NCBI GenBank assembly: GCA_038087875.1
Contig: CM075996.1
Span: 9,178,001 to 9,242,000, forward strand
From: Malacoraja senta
Lineage: Eukaryota
Direction of reading: 5' to 3'
DNA: 64,000 bases
In this document: one piece after another, positions 62,201 through 64,000 of the stretch
How positions within the stretch are numbered: position 1 is the stretch's first letter
Layout: every line of letters starts with the position of its first letter
The notes under the pieces: generated by a model
Databases searched by the model: none
What the model was told of the DNA's origin: nothing
Seen by the model: only the letters and a program-made list of their open reading frames with translations
Position numbers and translations under genes: made by a program

Positions 62201-63029
62201 AGATCGGATTCGGAATGGGAAGGGGAGTTGAAGTGTTGAGCCACCGGGAGATCAGGTTGGTTATTGCGAACTGAGTGGAGGTGTCGTGTGAAGCGATCGC
62301 CAAGCCTGCGCTTGGTCTTACCGAGGTTGATCATACGCTGAATATTCCAACCACATTTTTGTTTGGAAGTGGAAAGAAATAATAGAAATTGCATTCATTG
62401 CAATGTGTAAAAAGAGTTGAGATACTGTATTATAATTTTGCTGCATGTCATTGTGGTATATATCATGTCTTGATCGGTGAATATGTTTAGTTTGTGACTT
62501 TATTTGAAGCAGAAATAATATGTGAATGCTTCATTGAGCATAATTCCGACTGGTAACTACGCATTTCGTCCGAGCACATTATCGCACACGTCATGCAAAC
62601 CATCTTAAATGACCACCTAAACTGTCATTTGGCAACTTAAAAAGCTGTCAAGGTTTCCCGGCTGACAACAGAGGAAAAAAATTAAGTGAGAACCCTGCAA
62701 CGTGTATAATATTTTTAACACTGTCATAGGCCTTTCTTACATATGCTGTCACAACGCACTGTAGTCTCTAAACAACCTTTCAGTAATTTTCCTTGCCCTC
62801 CATTTCAGAATAATAGTGTTTTAAGCCAATAACTCGACACGAGCACTGGCAATAAATAAATTAATTTAAAAAAGCGCGGCTTTCCAGCCCCTTATCTCAT
62901 TGGCCACGCTCGGCTGCAAATCGGTGTCATCCTGGTGGACCATCTTCCTCTAGTCGTGGGGGTGGGGGATTGGGTGGGGCCTCACAAGTGGAACAGCTTA
63001 GGGCCTCTCTTCATCTAAATCCGGCCCTG
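59240..63029. mobile_element. hAT-superfamily non-autonomous transposon hosting nested insertions
   Basis: TIRs CAAGGCCGGATTT/AAATCCGGCCCTG; perfect 8-bp target duplication ATGATTCC at 59232-59239 and 63030-63037. Confidence 0.85.
61213..62327 (-). mobile_element. Two tandem 5'-truncated Penelope-like 3' fragments (GIY-YIG plus terminal repeat)
   Basis: CNRRKCYTC, NLIYCIHC...LYIGETKRRLGDRF; the same tail is repeated at 61913-62327. Confidence 0.88.
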
Positions 63030-64000
63030 ATGATTCCTGATGGTCATGAGTACAATATCAAGGTGGCGGACCATAATTTTGGCATCTGGAAGATGAGTTC
63101 AGCAGTGAAGCCTTGAAATTCTTGACTGGATATGACAGGGGTGGAGAGCTTTAATCTGATACATTTGTTTGGGAATTGCTGGGTTCTATTCATTGTATGA
63201 TTCTTTGCTTCAGAAAATTACACAAGATTAACATTTTAAACAATTCCCACCACTTCTTATGGCTCTTTAATTTGTGCTAAACTTTCATTATATCTGGGCA
63301 ACTATTTCAATGCAAAGAATTAATATTTTGTTGATTGTATATTGTGATCAACAAAGGAAAGGGACACATGAAACCAAGAAAGTTTCATGGACACATAAAT
63401 TATTTATTAAATGATATTCCTCGTGAGTCTCTGTTGAGCAACCTTGTATATGATGTACATTTAGACTGGGGCTTTGGGATTGAAGAAACAAATGAAATAA
63501 TCTGGTGATGAAATTGAGCAAAATTTGTGGAGAAACTATTGGAGGACTTGAATATGTCACTATAGTGTCACTTTACTGCAATGTAAAGAAATACAAATAC
63601 ATTCCAGAACAGGAGAAGAAAATGCATTGGAAGAGCAGAGAATGCCAAAATATACATAGTTACATGCTATATTTTGGGGGGAAAAAAATCAGTGGTAGAA
63701 AATTAAATGAAATAGTGCTGTATTTCTGTGTGAACTGTGACAGTTTAAATGTTAATGAAATTTGTGAAATCATACAAATACAGGTAGTTCTGCTATTATG
63801 TGTATTTCTATAACACAAACTGCTTATAATGCAAGTGATGAACTATTCACATTACACAGGTCATGGGTTCTCACATGATTTTGATAAGGAAATAGAGAAC
63901 CATTTAATTTTTTTTTAATTGGGAAAGAAAAATGCTGTCTTGTATTTAAACCATATCGGGGAGAAAGCCGGTTCCATGGAACCATCCCATGATAATAAGA

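Overview
Repeat-rich vertebrate genomic DNA, almost certainly from an elasmobranch (skate, ray or shark), judged by HE1/V-SINE-type tRNA-derived SINEs and CR1-clade LINEs. The host gene is a plus-strand SUN1/SUN2-family LINC-complex gene. Twelve candidate coding exons between 934 and 36857 join with consistent splice phases; its 5' part lies upstream of the window. A second, unidentified plus-strand gene probably starts at a GC-rich promoter near 49.1 kb, with a candidate ATG exon at 58.3 kb. Mobile DNA includes a near-intact Passport-like Tc1 transposon (9942-11555), a full-length Neptune-type Penelope-like element (17748-21834) and a DIRS1-type tyrosine-recombinase retrotransposon (52114-57521). 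There are also hAT, Harbinger and Helitron non-autonomous elements and many LINE/SINE fragments. The most interesting signals are: (1) minimal hammerhead ribozyme motifs in the Penelope terminal repeat, whose predicted cleavage site lies 3-4 nt from the element's 5' end, plus many dispersed palindromic derivatives; (2) a TDP2-like exon-1 fragment just inside a hAT-like terminus; (3) a LINE that landed on and duplicated a SUN splice acceptor; (4) compensating +1/-1 indels in the last SUN exon. All calls are by eye; no searches were run.
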